Source of the DNA: Naegleria gruberi
Lineage: Eukaryota
Assembly: GCA_000004985.1 (NCBI GenBank)
Contig: GG738916.1
Direction: 5' to 3' (one strand)
DNA: 64,000 bases
The notes beneath the pieces are model-generated. The model did no database searches, was not told the origin of the DNA, and saw nothing but the letters and a program-made list of their open reading frames with translations. Positions 29,340 to 40,361 of this stretch are shown piece after piece; the first letter of the stretch is position 1; the number at the start of each line of letters is the position of its first letter. Made by a program: the position numbers and the translations under genes.

Positions 29340-30332
29340 ATGTATAGACAACAACCAAGCAGCAGCAAATTAACCTCAATTATTGGACTATTCATTGCGG
29401 TCTTTTCAATCCTTAGCATGCTTGCTACTTCGCCAATTTATGCAGCAGCAACGACATGTACTGATTCGTCTGATTGCACGGTTAGATCATGGCTTGCATC
29501 ACTGCAGGCAGAGGCATCATTATTGGATTGTGCTAGTGTGAAATTGCAAAAATCCATCACTGTGTTGAATGCCACGGCTAATGCCAACACAACTGACATG
29601 TTAACAATAATTAACAAGAGAGTGGTACAACTTAACAAACTCAAGTCAGCAATTTATTCGCTATCACTCGAAATTCAAGCTATCAATTCAACATGTACCA
29701 AGTTTGATGGACCAGATTGTAATCTTACTAAGGCAGCTACTACTACTACTACCACCACAACAACACCAAGTCCATTCTCCACTGCCGCGTTATTAAGCAT
29801 GGGTGATATGGCCAATTCCACAATTTTGAACATGACCCAAGCTGATAGATTTGTCAGGGAAATTGTAAATGGAACTTCATCGACTATTGCATTAAAATTG
29901 ATTTATAGGGGAAGTAGAGATGGCCTGTCAGTGGCTAGCTTCCATGCCAAATGTGATAATAAGGGAGCTACAGTAACTCTTATCAAATCAACTTCAGGAG
30001 CTGTGTTTGGAGGTTATACTTCATTGAGTTGGCGTTCAGAGGCCTCACTCACTGCTAATGCAGATGCTTCTGCCTTTATGTTTAGCGTCATTTCTGCGAC
30101 GAAAGAAGAACGTTTCGTTAAGGTTCTTCAGAATGCCAACAAGGCCTATGCCATGTACAATTATGTGACTTATGGTCCGACTTTTGGAGGAGGACACGAC
30201 ATGTGTGTAAAATTTAATACTTTAAGTTACTTTAATCCTAACACTTATGGTTATGGTATAATTACCAATGATTACTATTCGGGTGGACAATATTTCACAG
30301 AAGCAGAAATTGAAATTTACACAATTCAATAA
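29340..30332 (+). CDS. TLDc-domain protein with signal anchor and a poly-Thr linker
   Basis: N-terminal hydrophobic segment. A run of 9 Thr (ACT/ACC/ACA repeats). TLDc consensus LKLIYRGSRDGLSVASFHAKCDNKGATVTLIKSTSGAVFGGYTSLSW ... FTEAEIEIYTI. Confidence 0.55.
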   Translation: MYRQQPSSSKLTSIIGLFIAVFSILSMLATSPIYAAATTCTDSSDCTVRSWLASLQAEASLLDCASVKLQKSITVLNATANANTTDMLTIINKRVVQLNKLKSAIYSLSLEIQAINSTCTKFDGPDCNLTKAATTTTTTTTTPSPFSTAALLSMGDMANSTILNMTQADRFVREIVNGTSSTIALKLIYRGSRDGLSVASFHAKCDNKGATVTLIKSTSGAVFGGYTSLSWRSEASLTANADASAFMFSVISATKEERFVKVLQNANKAYAMYNYVTYGPTFGGGHDMCVKFNTLSYFNPNTYGYGIITNDYYSGGQYFTEAEIEIYTIQ

Positions 30333-30570
30333 AATCATAAAATCTGAATTTACAGAAATGAACTATTGAAGCAAAATAAAGGACGTTGTTTATAATGAAC
30401 AAATTTGAAAGGGTTGGTTTATTCGTCATCACGCCATCTCATTCCTTTGTTTTAAACAAGTTGTTAAAAGGAAATACATTCATGGTTACTAACCAATTCA
30501 ATAGATGTATCATTAGGAACTTCACAATATTTATTTTGCTGAATACGCTCACTATATAGAAAATACATGA

Positions 30571-31927
30571 CTATTCCATTTCGGCACTCTTTTTCAATTT
30601 ACCAAGAGCAGTCGAAATTAAATCCAAATTATTTTGAACAGTCTTGGTGAGGGCAATCAATTTGGCTTCACTATCCAAGACGTCAACTGTATTGGTATAT
30701 GGATTATACTTGACAACAAATTCCTTTTCCAAATTATTCATTGTGAAACCCTTAATGAGCTCTTTACAAGATTCTAAACTATCTACAACATAATACATTG
30801 GTTGGTAGTGAGTAATTGGATAGGATCTCTCAGCTGCCTCTGTCGGAACAAAGTTTCTATACTCTGGTGGAGGTACCTTACCATTTCTATCCTTTCCAGT
30901 GCAACTGAATTCCAATTCACCAAAAGAACTCAACAAGCCAGCTCCATAAGCTTTCAATTCATTATTCTCTTTCACCAAGCCAAATTCTAAACAGTACCAA
31001 TACAATCTAACGAGTCTATCAATGTCAGCATCTGAGGCACCCAGAGAGGCAAGACCAATTTGTTGGGAGAATTCAGCAAAATCTGGATCTGCCAACATGA
31101 TTGAATGTCCCAACAATTCATGAACTACATCAGGTTCTGGTGTGTAAAATGGAGAACTGTGATGTCTAATATATTGTGTGCTGTGAAAAACTCTAAAGGC
31201 CAATCCATTCAAGAAATCTCTAGCCGACAACAAGCCAGCAACTGGACGATATCTGAAACCAGTGACTTCTACAAGGAAATCATTGACATCTTGCAATTGA
31301 GGAATATTTTCAGCTCTAAATCCACAATTTTCCTGGAATAACGGAAACAAGTAATTGTACTGTTCACAGGCATACTTTGGATAGAGTTCTGTCAATTTTT
31401 CATAAACTACCTTCCATGTATTATTCTCATTTTGTGTGTATTGGATTCTTGGAATTGGTTCTCCGTGTTTGTAATTAATGGCAATGTCAGAAATCATTTT
31501 TCTACGATCTCTATATTCTTTATCATGGAAACCTGGATGATCACTTTCTAAATCACCTCCAGCTTCAAGTGTTTGTCTATATAATTGGTCAATATTTCCA
31601 AAAAATTCAACAAGAAACAAACCTTGTGAAAAAATCAATATCCGAAATCTTTCTTGGAAACCAAGGCAATTCCTCCCCACCAAGGAATTTCACCTTCTCT
31701 GCCTTTCCATTCTCAATCATATCCTTAATGGCACTATCAACATCCTCTTTACTTGCCTGTTCATCAATATCTACGTGGAAATTAAACACACGTGTGGAAA
31801 TCTTGGAAGGTTTCGACTCAATCTTGGTCAAATTAATATTATGCTTGGAAAAGGTATCGAGGGATGATTTGAGAGCACCAACTCGATGTGGTAAAGTAAT
31901 TAACAAGGAACGATACTTGGAGGACAT
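30571..31927 (-). CDS. pah: Phenylalanine-4-hydroxylase (biopterin-dependent aromatic amino-acid hydroxylase): complement(join(30571..31576,31623..31927))
   Basis: Exon 1 carries the ACT regulatory domain and PWFPRKISDID. Exon 2 carries DHPGFHDKEYRDRRKMISDIA, the Fe-ligand region HELLGH...EFGL, and YGAGLLSSFGE. A 46-nt intron GTTTGT..TATAG in phase 2 restores a gap-free alignment to animal PAH across the join (DIDFFTRQTLEAGGDLESDHPGF). Confidence 0.8.
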
Positions 31928-32217
31928 GTTTACAAAGTTTCTGCTATAATGAAATCAACTGCTGCTTGTTTTTAAAAGGGTAAAATAATGTAGTGATCGG
32001 AAAAAAGTGGATGGGAACAGGGTTACTGTTGGTTGTTGTTGTTTTTTTTTTGTGTTGAGTTTTTGCAAGCGTTCATAATTTTCACCACATTTGATTTGCA
32101 AAGCCTAATTTGGACATTTTTGTAAACTCAAGCTCAAACCGCCAATTCATTCATTACTGCAAACTTGGCTGTTGAATAAGGAATGAAGATTTTTGTGTAT
32201 TGAGGTGCACCTGTTCT

Positions 32218-33822
32218 TTATTTCTTCGCCTCAGTTGTTGCTGTATGGTCAGCAGGGTGTGAAATAATTTTCACATCACACAATGAATTGCAACTCAGGA
32301 CAGAGTGAAATAATCGACAATAGAATCGACCGATATTGTGTGCTCTCTTGAGGAGAATGAAGGAATTGTCGGCTGAGGAGGAGAGAAACAGCTTGACACT
32401 TGTTGTTCCACGAGAAATGTCCAACACGACTGATGGATCCAAGCTTAATGGAGTGCAATCTGCAGTGATGGTATTCTTACCTAAGCCAGTTTGTCCTAAT
32501 TCACTCCAGCCACACACATAGATATTTCCTGATGAGGTTGTGAGGGCAGTGTGGTAGGAACCAGCTGCCATATCACTAACTTGTTCATGGGTAGGTAATT
32601 GTAAGAGTTGTGGTTCTATTGTGCCAGTAATGACCTTACTGAATGGTAATTGCTTGTCATCGTTCATTCCTAGTCCATAGAATTGATTGGAAATTGTCTT
32701 TAAGAATAAATGCTTTCCTCCAGAGAATACTTGAACTAATGGTTCGAATAAGTTCAATTGGGTTGGTTCAAAAACATTGTACTTTTCAATCTTTCCCATA
32801 ATGTACACTGTATGATTGGATGTCAGAAATGCAGAATATCGATATCCTGCATTCACAGAAGTCAACTTGAAATCCTTATCATCAAAAAATGTCAATCGAT
32901 GTGGTGTGAAATATTCAGTATCATCGCCAAATGTAGTTCCCATACTGTACAATATATTATCCCTCTCAGAGTAACAAAGTGTATGAGAATAACTAGTTGA
33001 AATGTGAGATATTGGTGAATCTTGTTGAAATTCCACTTTAGTGAAACATTTCAAATGGTCAACCTCAATTCCCAATTGATGAAAACTATTATCACCAGTA
33101 ACCCAAATAGATCCATCACTATTCAATATAATAGAATGAAATGATCCACATGCTACTTTTGTAATCCTCCCCCTCTTTGATTGTTTAATCTTAATTTCAA
33201 ATAAAACTCCAAACTCTACATTGAATTCTCCCAATTGACCTTGAGTATTCGATCCAATTCCAAAGGCCTTTCCATCACTTGTCAAGAATATCGAATGATT
33301 ATCACCATTTGCAATATGAATCACATCATCCAAAGAGAATTTCAATTGTTGATCCAAATGACATGTAAAATCATAAATTACCTTCTCTCCAGCCACCAAT
33401 TGAAGATAATCATTCTTTCCAGTGACAAACATCATTGTCCGATCGTGTTTATATTGTGAATTCATATTCCATTGACAATCGGAAGGCAAAACATCAAAAA
33501 CTGATGATTGAGTTGTTGATGTTGTTGCTGTTGGCGAAGAAGGTGATGATGATGCAGAAAGTGGTGAATTTCTTTCCATCACAATTGGAGAAGATATGGA
33601 TAATGATGATGATAAATTATCATTAGCAGCAACAACTCCATTCGATTTAAATTCATTAATAATGATTTGATGAAGTAATAATTGCATTTTTCTTTTTTTA
33701 ATATTATTTTCGGAATGCTTATTTGATGCTGTGGGATAAATCATCATGCTGATGATGATGTAATATGGATGAATCACTCTGTGTGTATTTATTAATGTGA
33801 AGATGATGGACGTATCATCCAT
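32218..33822 (-). CDS. RCC1-repeat (regulator of chromosome condensation-like) beta-propeller protein
   Basis: Repeated GxGxxGQLG-type blades (IGSNTQGQLGEF, GDNSFHQLGIE, GMNDDKQLPF, GWSELGQTGLG) and the conserved ACGSFHSIIL / AAGSYHTALT hairpins. Ser-rich N-terminal extension. The C-terminal 60 aa are uncertain and may hide a small intron. Confidence 0.55.
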   Translation of the reverse strand: MDDTSIIFTLINTHRVIHPYYIIISMMIYPTASNKHSENNIKKRKMQLLLHQIIINEFKSNGVVAANDNLSSSLSISSPIVMERNSPLSASSSPSSPTATTSTTQSSVFDVLPSDCQWNMNSQYKHDRTMMFVTGKNDYLQLVAGEKVIYDFTCHLDQQLKFSLDDVIHIANGDNHSIFLTSDGKAFGIGSNTQGQLGEFNVEFGVLFEIKIKQSKRGRITKVACGSFHSIILNSDGSIWVTGDNSFHQLGIEVDHLKCFTKVEFQQDSPISHISTSYSHTLCYSERDNILYSMGTTFGDDTEYFTPHRLTFFDDKDFKLTSVNAGYRYSAFLTSNHTVYIMGKIEKYNVFEPTQLNLFEPLVQVFSGGKHLFLKTISNQFYGLGMNDDKQLPFSKVITGTIEPQLLQLPTHEQVSDMAAGSYHTALTTSSGNIYVCGWSELGQTGLGKNTITADCTPLSLDPSVVLDISRGTTSVKLFLSSSADNSFILLKRAHNIGRFYCRLFHSVLSCNSLCDVKIISHPADHTATTEAKK

Positions 33823-34259
33823 TGTAAATGTTCATAGAAAATCAAATTAACAGAACTAAAACAGTTGCCAAATCCCATGGATGCAAGCAACCTTGCAAAA
33901 CAGAGATCCTCTAAATCTTTGTTGATTTCTCGAGTAATTCCTTATTTAATTGAAGGTTTTCCTTCGTTATATCAAGGAATACCTCAGCTTGCTTCTTTGA
34001 TTGAATAACAAGTCGACCAATTCTCACTAGTATTGTTTTTGTCCACACTTGTGCTTTCGTTTATGTTCACCGCAATTGATTCTCTTGAGTTATGTCAACA
34101 ACATTATGTTTTATCTTTAAGGTTTGCAAAAACTTTGAAATAGTTTCAAATTGAACTAGTGCTGTAAGGGAAAATTAAAGAACATTAAACTTATAACTCC
34201 ACAAGTAACCTTGTATCTGAAACTCCTTTTTTTTATCCGATTCTTCGATCATCCAGTTC

Positions 34260-35655
34260 ATGAAATTGTTATCTGAAACCATTCGAAAAAAAATGGCTAA
34301 ACTTCAACATCCAACCACCTTGTTGGTGATGGCTGGCTATTTGATCGTATCCTTCTTGTGTAGTTTCTTGTTACTTTCGAATAGTGTCACTTGCATGTAC
34401 GATGATTTTCAACAAAATTCTTGGGATCAAGTTCCTGTTCAAACCAGAGAAATGATTTCGAATATTAATTCTCAACCATCAGCATCTTGGCAAGCCGTTG
34501 AATATCCTCAATTTAAAGGTAAAAGTTTGGCTGACATGACCAATGTAAGTTGTCAAAAAAATAATTTTTAATTCATTAAACAGTACTTTGACAGTTACTT
34601 GGTGCTTTGAACGTCAATGAAAACGATTTGAAAGGAGAGGTCATGGATAAAGATAATAGCACTAACACTCCTTTGAGCGATTCAAGATATTTAACAATTT
34701 TACGTTTGCGAGATTTTCCAACTCAATTCGATGCTAGAGAACAATGGCCACAATGTATTAGATCGATTAAAAATCAAAAGAATTGTGGATCTTGTTGGGC
34801 AGTAAGTTAATCTTGATGAATTTGTGTGGATAATTGGATCATGAATAGTTTTCTGTAAGTTGTTTTAATTGTGTGGTTGGTTGACTTGAATATCTCAATA
34901 GGCAAGTAGTGTTTTGGCTGATAGATTTTGTATTAAGAGTGGAGGAAAGGTTAATGTCGATCTTTCTCCTCAATTCATGGTTTCATGCAGTGGACAAAAC
35001 AATGGATGTAATGGTAAGTAGTTTACAATTTCACCAAAAAAATTGAATATTTGAAAATTAGGTGGTTTCTTTGATGCTACTTGGAGATTTTTAGTTTCTG
35101 TTGGAACAGTATCTGAAGCATGTGTTCCGTATGTTTCCTTTGGAGGCGCAGTCCCTGCATGTAATGTCAAATCTTGTGGTGTTCCAGGTCAAAAGTCACC
35201 ATTTTACAGAGCTGGTTCTGCAAGAAAACTTGAAGGAATGCTTGATATTATGGCAGATTTGAAGGCAAATGGACCTATACAAGTTGCCATGGGCGTATAC
35301 AGAGATTTCTACTCCTATAAGTCTGGTGTTTATCATCATGTGTCTGGAAGATATGTCGGTGGTCATGCTGTCAAAATTGTTGGGTAAGTTTTTGGATATT
35401 TTTCAAAGATTTTAACAGTAGCAGGTGGGGATATGATTCTGCCTCCAAGCTTCCTTATTGGATTTGTGCTAATTCTTGGGGAGAAGGTTTGTTTTTTCAT
35501 TCAGAATTAGAAAATTGTAATTTCAAAATAATTTCTAATAATTTCAATATAATTTTACAAAAGATTGGGGAATTAAAGGATATTTTTGGATCTTGAGAGG
35601 CCGTGGAGAATGTGGAATTGGAAAAATGGTTTGGTCTGGTAAGCCAGCTTTGTAA
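34260..35655 (+). CDS. Cathepsin B-like papain-family cysteine protease, six exons: join(34260..34544,34595..34801,34902..35013,35062..35383,35425..35486,35564..35655)
   Basis: Signal anchor. Active-site Cys context [20 protein letters not shown], His context [11 protein letters not shown], and Asn/Trp context [26 protein letters not shown]. Introns of 50, 100, 48, 41 and 77 nt with donors GTAAGT (x4) and GTTTGT (x1). All junction phases are consistent. Confidence 0.75.
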
Positions 35656-35823
35656 ATCTTTGCAAAATTATTTACAACTCAATTTGTGAATAAATTTCTT
35701 TACAATTTTTCACAAATGATTCGAATTGAATTGGAATGACTTGTTCATAGACTCCAGAGTACAAGAGATTCCAACTCGTTAGATAACTTGCTTTATTGTA
35801 GATCTTCAATTTTTAAGAGTTTA

Positions 35824-36069
35824 TTACAATTTTTCACTTCCTTCTCTTCCTTTTCTGACACCTTTTGCTGATTTTTCACCTCCGTGTTCTTCCTTTAGTT
35901 GATTAACTGTGTTTTTATTCATCTTTTCCACGTGGACTTCATCAGCCTCAACTGTGGATTCCATTGGAAGATCCATGTCTTGAGGTTTCGTTGGTTTTAC
36001 CTCGAGGGGGAGGATTAATCTGGTGTGGAAGGGTCTTTTCTGAATGGTTTGAATGAGGAAACGTTTCAT
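35824..36069 (-). CDS. Small hypothetical protein (81 aa), weak call
   Basis: Isolated ORF between the cathepsin B and amidohydrolase genes. Charged and Lys/Glu-rich. Called on ORF length only. Confidence 0.2.
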   Translation of the reverse strand: MKRFLIQTIQKRPFHTRLILPLEVKPTKPQDMDLPMESTVEADEVHVEKMNKNTVNQLKEEHGGEKSAKGVRKGREGSEKL

Positions 36070-36169
36070 TTTCTTTTTTTTTTGATTAATTTAATATCAA
36101 ATTTGTGTTTACAATATATTTCGAATCATTTTGGAATATTTCTAATAATGGAAATTATTTAAAATGTAT

Positions 36170-38284
36170 TTACTTTTTAACGAAGAGTTTTTGAAGGGAT
36201 TCTTCATTGTTTTGATACATGACTTTACCTCCAACAATGGTCATCAAAATTTTAGTTTCGCGTGTAATGGAATCTAATGCACTTTCGTCTGTTTCGTCCA
36301 ATTCCAAAATATTTCTCGAAAGTATGGTAATATCACCAAGATATCCCTTCTTTAAGGTTCCCACTTCATGTTCAGTAAAACCTGCATAGGCAGAATTTTG
36401 AGTATAGGCAATGAGTGTTTCCTCAATCGAAATCTTTTCTTCTGGAAGGAATGGTTTACAATTCTTTGGATTCTTTGCTTCATTTCTTCTTTCAACGTGT
36501 AATGGTGAAAGACATGGCTTTCTAGTGACAGCTGCATGGATATTATCGAGAATATCGAGAGGAGCAACAAACCAATCAGTTCCCAGAGCTACCTTAACTC
36601 CCTTATTCAGGAATTTTCTGACATTGTACAATTGTTTTTGTCTTTCTCTTATGATACTTTCAGCGTAGAGTGCATCATCCTTGAGATGGATTGGTTGCAT
36701 GGAGGCAATAATATTGTTCTTTTTGAATCTTTCAATATCTTCCTCTCTAATTTGTTGTGCATGTTCAACTCTGAATCTTCTATCTCTGGTCTTATCATTG
36801 GATTCATTAATGACTCTTTCATAGGTATCCAATAAAATCGAAATTGCTTTATCACCAATGGCATGAACAATCACTTGATGATGATTGGCATCAGCTTCTT
36901 TCACACGTTGATAGAAAACCTCTGGATCAACAACCAATAGACCAGTATTATTTTCAGTACCTTCGAATGGTTCAAACATGTAGGCTGTCTTTGAACCTAA
37001 TGAGCCATCCATAAATTCTTTGAGAGCTCCAATCTTGAACCATTCATCACCAGCTCTGCCTCCACTTTTCTCAGTCCAGCAGCAACTATAGTCGAATTCA
37101 TCATTGAGAATGACATGAGATGATTTTGGCTTACTATATTGATTCTTAATGTACTTTTTCAATTTTTGATGAGTTTCCAATTCAACAGAGGCATAAATTC
37201 TAACTTTGAGTTGTTTCTTTTCGTGAAGTTTTGTGAATGTTTTCACTTGATCCCAACTAGCCAAATTGAATACAGAACCCATGTCGTGCACGGAGGTAAT
37301 ACCATTTCTCAAGATTTCATCCATGGCAAGCTTGGCTGCCTGTTCGTTATCTGTTGGTGGAATAATCTTTTGAATAATGTCCAAAGCCCTATCTCTCAAA
37401 ATACCAGTTGGTTCACCTGTGATTGGATCCAAGTCTACAGAACCACCTGTAATTTGAGTATGTTTGGTAATATTTGCCAATTCCATTGCTTTACTATTCA
37501 CTAAACAGGAGTGACCATCCATTCTGGAAAGATAGACAGGATTACTCGATGTGAATGAATCAATCCAATTCTTGTTAGGTAACTTGGTGCCACCCTCAAT
37601 ATTCCACTCAGTTTCAGACCATTCAGCACCTGTAATCCATTCTCCTGCCTTGACACTTCTCTCCTCTATGAATTTCCTAACAGCACCAATAAATTCATCC
37701 TTACTCTTTGCATTTCTCAATTGAACTCCGAGCATTGATTTTCCACCCAAAATTACGTGTGCATGTGAATCGATAAATCCAGGAACTATCAATGGAGTAT
37801 TAACTTCATCACTCGATTTTTGTTTAAAATCCAAAACTGTTTCAGCCATTGATGTTGTAAATCGTGACAATATGTCACTATTACTTCCAATAGCAATAAT
37901 CCTTCCAGTATCCTTATGGACAGCAAGAGCTTCAGCCCACTTGATTGGAATATTCTTTTCTCCCTTTGTTCTTGATGCTTTTGGCACATTTTCCAATTTC
38001 ATTCGATCGCCTGTCCAAATTCTAGCATTTAATATCATGAGGGAAAGGGTTTTTTCATTGCCATTCTGCTGTGATTGACTACCAATCCAATTACTTTTAA
38101 ATACAACATAATACAAGGCAAAGGAAATGATGACGGAAACAATCGGACCGAAATTGTGTAGAAAGGTGGCAATCCTCTTTCTCTTATCACGAGTTTCTTC
38201 ATCAATTAATTCATCGTCCTGTTCTTGTTGCTTCTCCAAAGAAGATTTTTCCTCCTGCATTTTCTTATTTGTTGATTTGGACAT
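36170..38284 (-). CDS. Metal-dependent amidohydrolase (Amidohydro_3 / YtcJ-like) with N-terminal TM extension
   Basis: True ATG at 38282-38284. N-terminal TM FLHNFGPIVSVIISFALYYVVF. Metal-binding HxH block GFIDSHAHVILGG. Later conserved blocks VIVHAIGDKA, HAQQI and LGTDWFVAPLD are typical of the amidohydrolase TIM barrel. Confidence 0.6.
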   Translation of the reverse strand: MSKSTNKKMQEEKSSLEKQQEQDDELIDEETRDKRKRIATFLHNFGPIVSVIISFALYYVVFKSNWIGSQSQQNGNEKTLSLMILNARIWTGDRMKLENVPKASRTKGEKNIPIKWAEALAVHKDTGRIIAIGSNSDILSRFTTSMAETVLDFKQKSSDEVNTPLIVPGFIDSHAHVILGGKSMLGVQLRNAKSKDEFIGAVRKFIEERSVKAGEWITGAEWSETEWNIEGGTKLPNKNWIDSFTSSNPVYLSRMDGHSCLVNSKAMELANITKHTQITGGSVDLDPITGEPTGILRDRALDIIQKIIPPTDNEQAAKLAMDEILRNGITSVHDMGSVFNLASWDQVKTFTKLHEKKQLKVRIYASVELETHQKLKKYIKNQYSKPKSSHVILNDEFDYSCCWTEKSGGRAGDEWFKIGALKEFMDGSLGSKTAYMFEPFEGTENNTGLLVVDPEVFYQRVKEADANHHQVIVHAIGDKAISILLDTYERVINESNDKTRDRRFRVEHAQQIREEDIERFKKNNIIASMQPIHLKDDALYAESIIRERQKQLYNVRKFLNKGVKVALGTDWFVAPLDILDNIHAAVTRKPCLSPLHVERRNEAKNPKNCKPFLPEEKISIEETLIAYTQNSAYAGFTEHEVGTLKKGYLGDITILSRNILELDETDESALDSITRETKILMTIVGGKVMYQNNEESLQKLFVKK

Positions 38285-38472
38285 TTTTTTGGATTTTGAA
38301 AATAATTTATTTTAATGTTGGATGAAATTTTCAAGTCAATTATTAAACTGCGACCTAATATCTCCAACAGTCCGCAAATTAAACGACATGTGTTAATGTA
38401 CAAAATAGCTTCAGTTTCTGTTGTTTACCATGTGGACTACAGATGAGGACAAGAGAATAAATTGAAGGATGA

Positions 38473-40032
38473 TTAACAAAGATTGTGAAGAATTTGATTT
38501 TGATTCTGAGCTACCATTAGAATATCAGAATCATTGAAATCTCTAACAAATGTCTCAAACTCTACAACATGGAAAAAGTAAAAGTTTGCATTCCAAAAAG
38601 ATCTTGCCCAACCAGGGAATGAGGAAATAAACTTGCTGTGAAGGTTTCTTGGGTCTACCTCAATCATAATTTTTGAAACTCCAAACGAGTATTCATCAAA
38701 TCTAGGTTTCTCAATGATTTCATAACTGCAGTATGGCATGAATTTGTCTTCAGTATTTGGACCAACTCCAATCATGTTATTGAGTTCGTAATCATCGTCA
38801 AATGTTGACAATTTCTTTGGCTTTCTTCTGGTTCCTTTGAAGAGTTCAGTTTCCTTTCCACATAAAATTGCATAGCAGAACTGGAGAATAGAACAAGGAT
38901 GACTATCAGCTGTATCATATCCTATTTGGAAACTCGTGAGTATCTCAATATATGGAGTTCGAGGAAGTGCACCAACATCAGACCTTGTACACTCACTAAA
39001 ATTATAGTTTAGTACTCGCTTTTGATGTTCCTTGTATTCTTTAGTAATCTTATTGAGACATTCTTGATGAGATAAATTCTGTCCAAAATAGTTCAAAATT
39101 AATCCATGTCTATCAAACAAGCTGAGAATTATGCCCAACTTGTAAGTACTCAAATCGTATTCAAGAGCTGGAATCAATCGAGAGGCCAATGCAACATTTT
39201 CCATACTGTCTGTCATTTCCTGCAATCCCAAAGTAAAATAATAATAGTTGGAGGAAATCTTCTTCTCAAAATCACTATCATCATCGTCTTCAGAAAGAAC
39301 TCTATGAATTACATCTTTTTTCAAGTAGTCTTCCTCATCTGAATCCTTTTTTGGAGGAGCTTTCTTTTTCGTATTCTTTTTTGACTTCTTTTTCTTGGTT
39401 ATCTTTTTCTTAGTTCCCTTATTGAGTGGAATGACAATCTCATTTTCTGTAATGAGTTTTGGACATTGGATAGGTATAAAAGCAATAACCAATCTATATA
39501 ATGAATACCAAAACTTTCCCTTTCCAAAACCACTCTCCAAAATTTCTCTAATTTCACTCAAAGTCAACTTGTCAGCAGAAGGATTTGGAACTGGTCGATT
39601 TGGAACTTCTCTATCATCACAGTTAGAGTAATCATCATCTTCATCTTCATCATTTTCTTTTTCTTTCTTTGCTTTAATAGCAAAAGGTGCCATCAAATCA
39701 ACACTCAAATTATAATTAATTTTATCGACAAACCATTGAGCATCACCAAAATCTCTTCCAAAAACAGCACTAAAAACACCATCATTCAATACAGCCTGAT
39801 TCCAATCTCTACAAACAAGAGCCATCGACCTGACCAAATCAATCGTCTCAGCAAATGATCCAATCACCATCAAGACATCGAGAGAAAATAATTCTGTGGA
39901 AGTCTCCGATCTCTTAATCATCATCATCTCATCATCACCAACATCATCATTTGATTTCTTGGTCTTTTTACTTTGTGGTTCGAGATGTTTCGAAGAATTT
40001 TTGGGTGGTGCTGAGTTTTTCTTTTGCGCCAT
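38473..40032 (-). CDS. Hypothetical protein with N-terminal F-box-like segment and a Lys-rich patch
   Basis: LDVLMVIGSFAETIDLVRSMALVCRDWNQAV (F-box-like). KKKITKKKKSKKNTKKKAPPKK basic stretch. Acidic DEDEDDD runs. No other recognisable domain. Confidence 0.35.
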   Translation of the reverse strand: MAQKKNSAPPKNSSKHLEPQSKKTKKSNDDVGDDEMMMIKRSETSTELFSLDVLMVIGSFAETIDLVRSMALVCRDWNQAVLNDGVFSAVFGRDFGDAQWFVDKINYNLSVDLMAPFAIKAKKEKENDEDEDDDYSNCDDREVPNRPVPNPSADKLTLSEIREILESGFGKGKFWYSLYRLVIAFIPIQCPKLITENEIVIPLNKGTKKKITKKKKSKKNTKKKAPPKKDSDEEDYLKKDVIHRVLSEDDDDSDFEKKISSNYYYFTLGLQEMTDSMENVALASRLIPALEYDLSTYKLGIILSLFDRHGLILNYFGQNLSHQECLNKITKEYKEHQKRVLNYNFSECTRSDVGALPRTPYIEILTSFQIGYDTADSHPCSILQFCYAILCGKETELFKGTRRKPKKLSTFDDDYELNNMIGVGPNTEDKFMPYCSYEIIEKPRFDEYSFGVSKIMIEVDPRNLHSKFISSFPGWARSFWNANFYFFHVVEFETFVRDFNDSDILMVAQNQNQILHNLC

Positions 40033-40361
40033 TTTTTTTGGTTAGAGGGTTCTCTCTCGTTCGAAGTCAAAGATGTTGATGTGATATCTATTGGTTTGTC
40101 AAAATGACAATGACGGCTATTCAAGGAAATTGTAAAGTTGACTGGTTAAACTGTCACCCATTAGAATAACCATTAGTCTTAATCTTTTGTTTGAGATTAA
40201 GTTGTATATCGGTGCACCCGAGAGGATGTACAATCTAACCAAGATTATCCTTGTCATCTTATCTGCTGTGTTGGTTTTCAAGAAGAACATCGAAAAGTTT
40301 GTCTGAGTTTTCTTCAGCCGAAGTTGGTTTGAAGGAAATTTAATTTTAAATTTAAAAAAAA

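Noticed and set aside
31569-31949. 126-aa plus-strand ORF
   Set aside because: It is antisense to PAH exon 1 (ACT domain), which has unambiguous homology.
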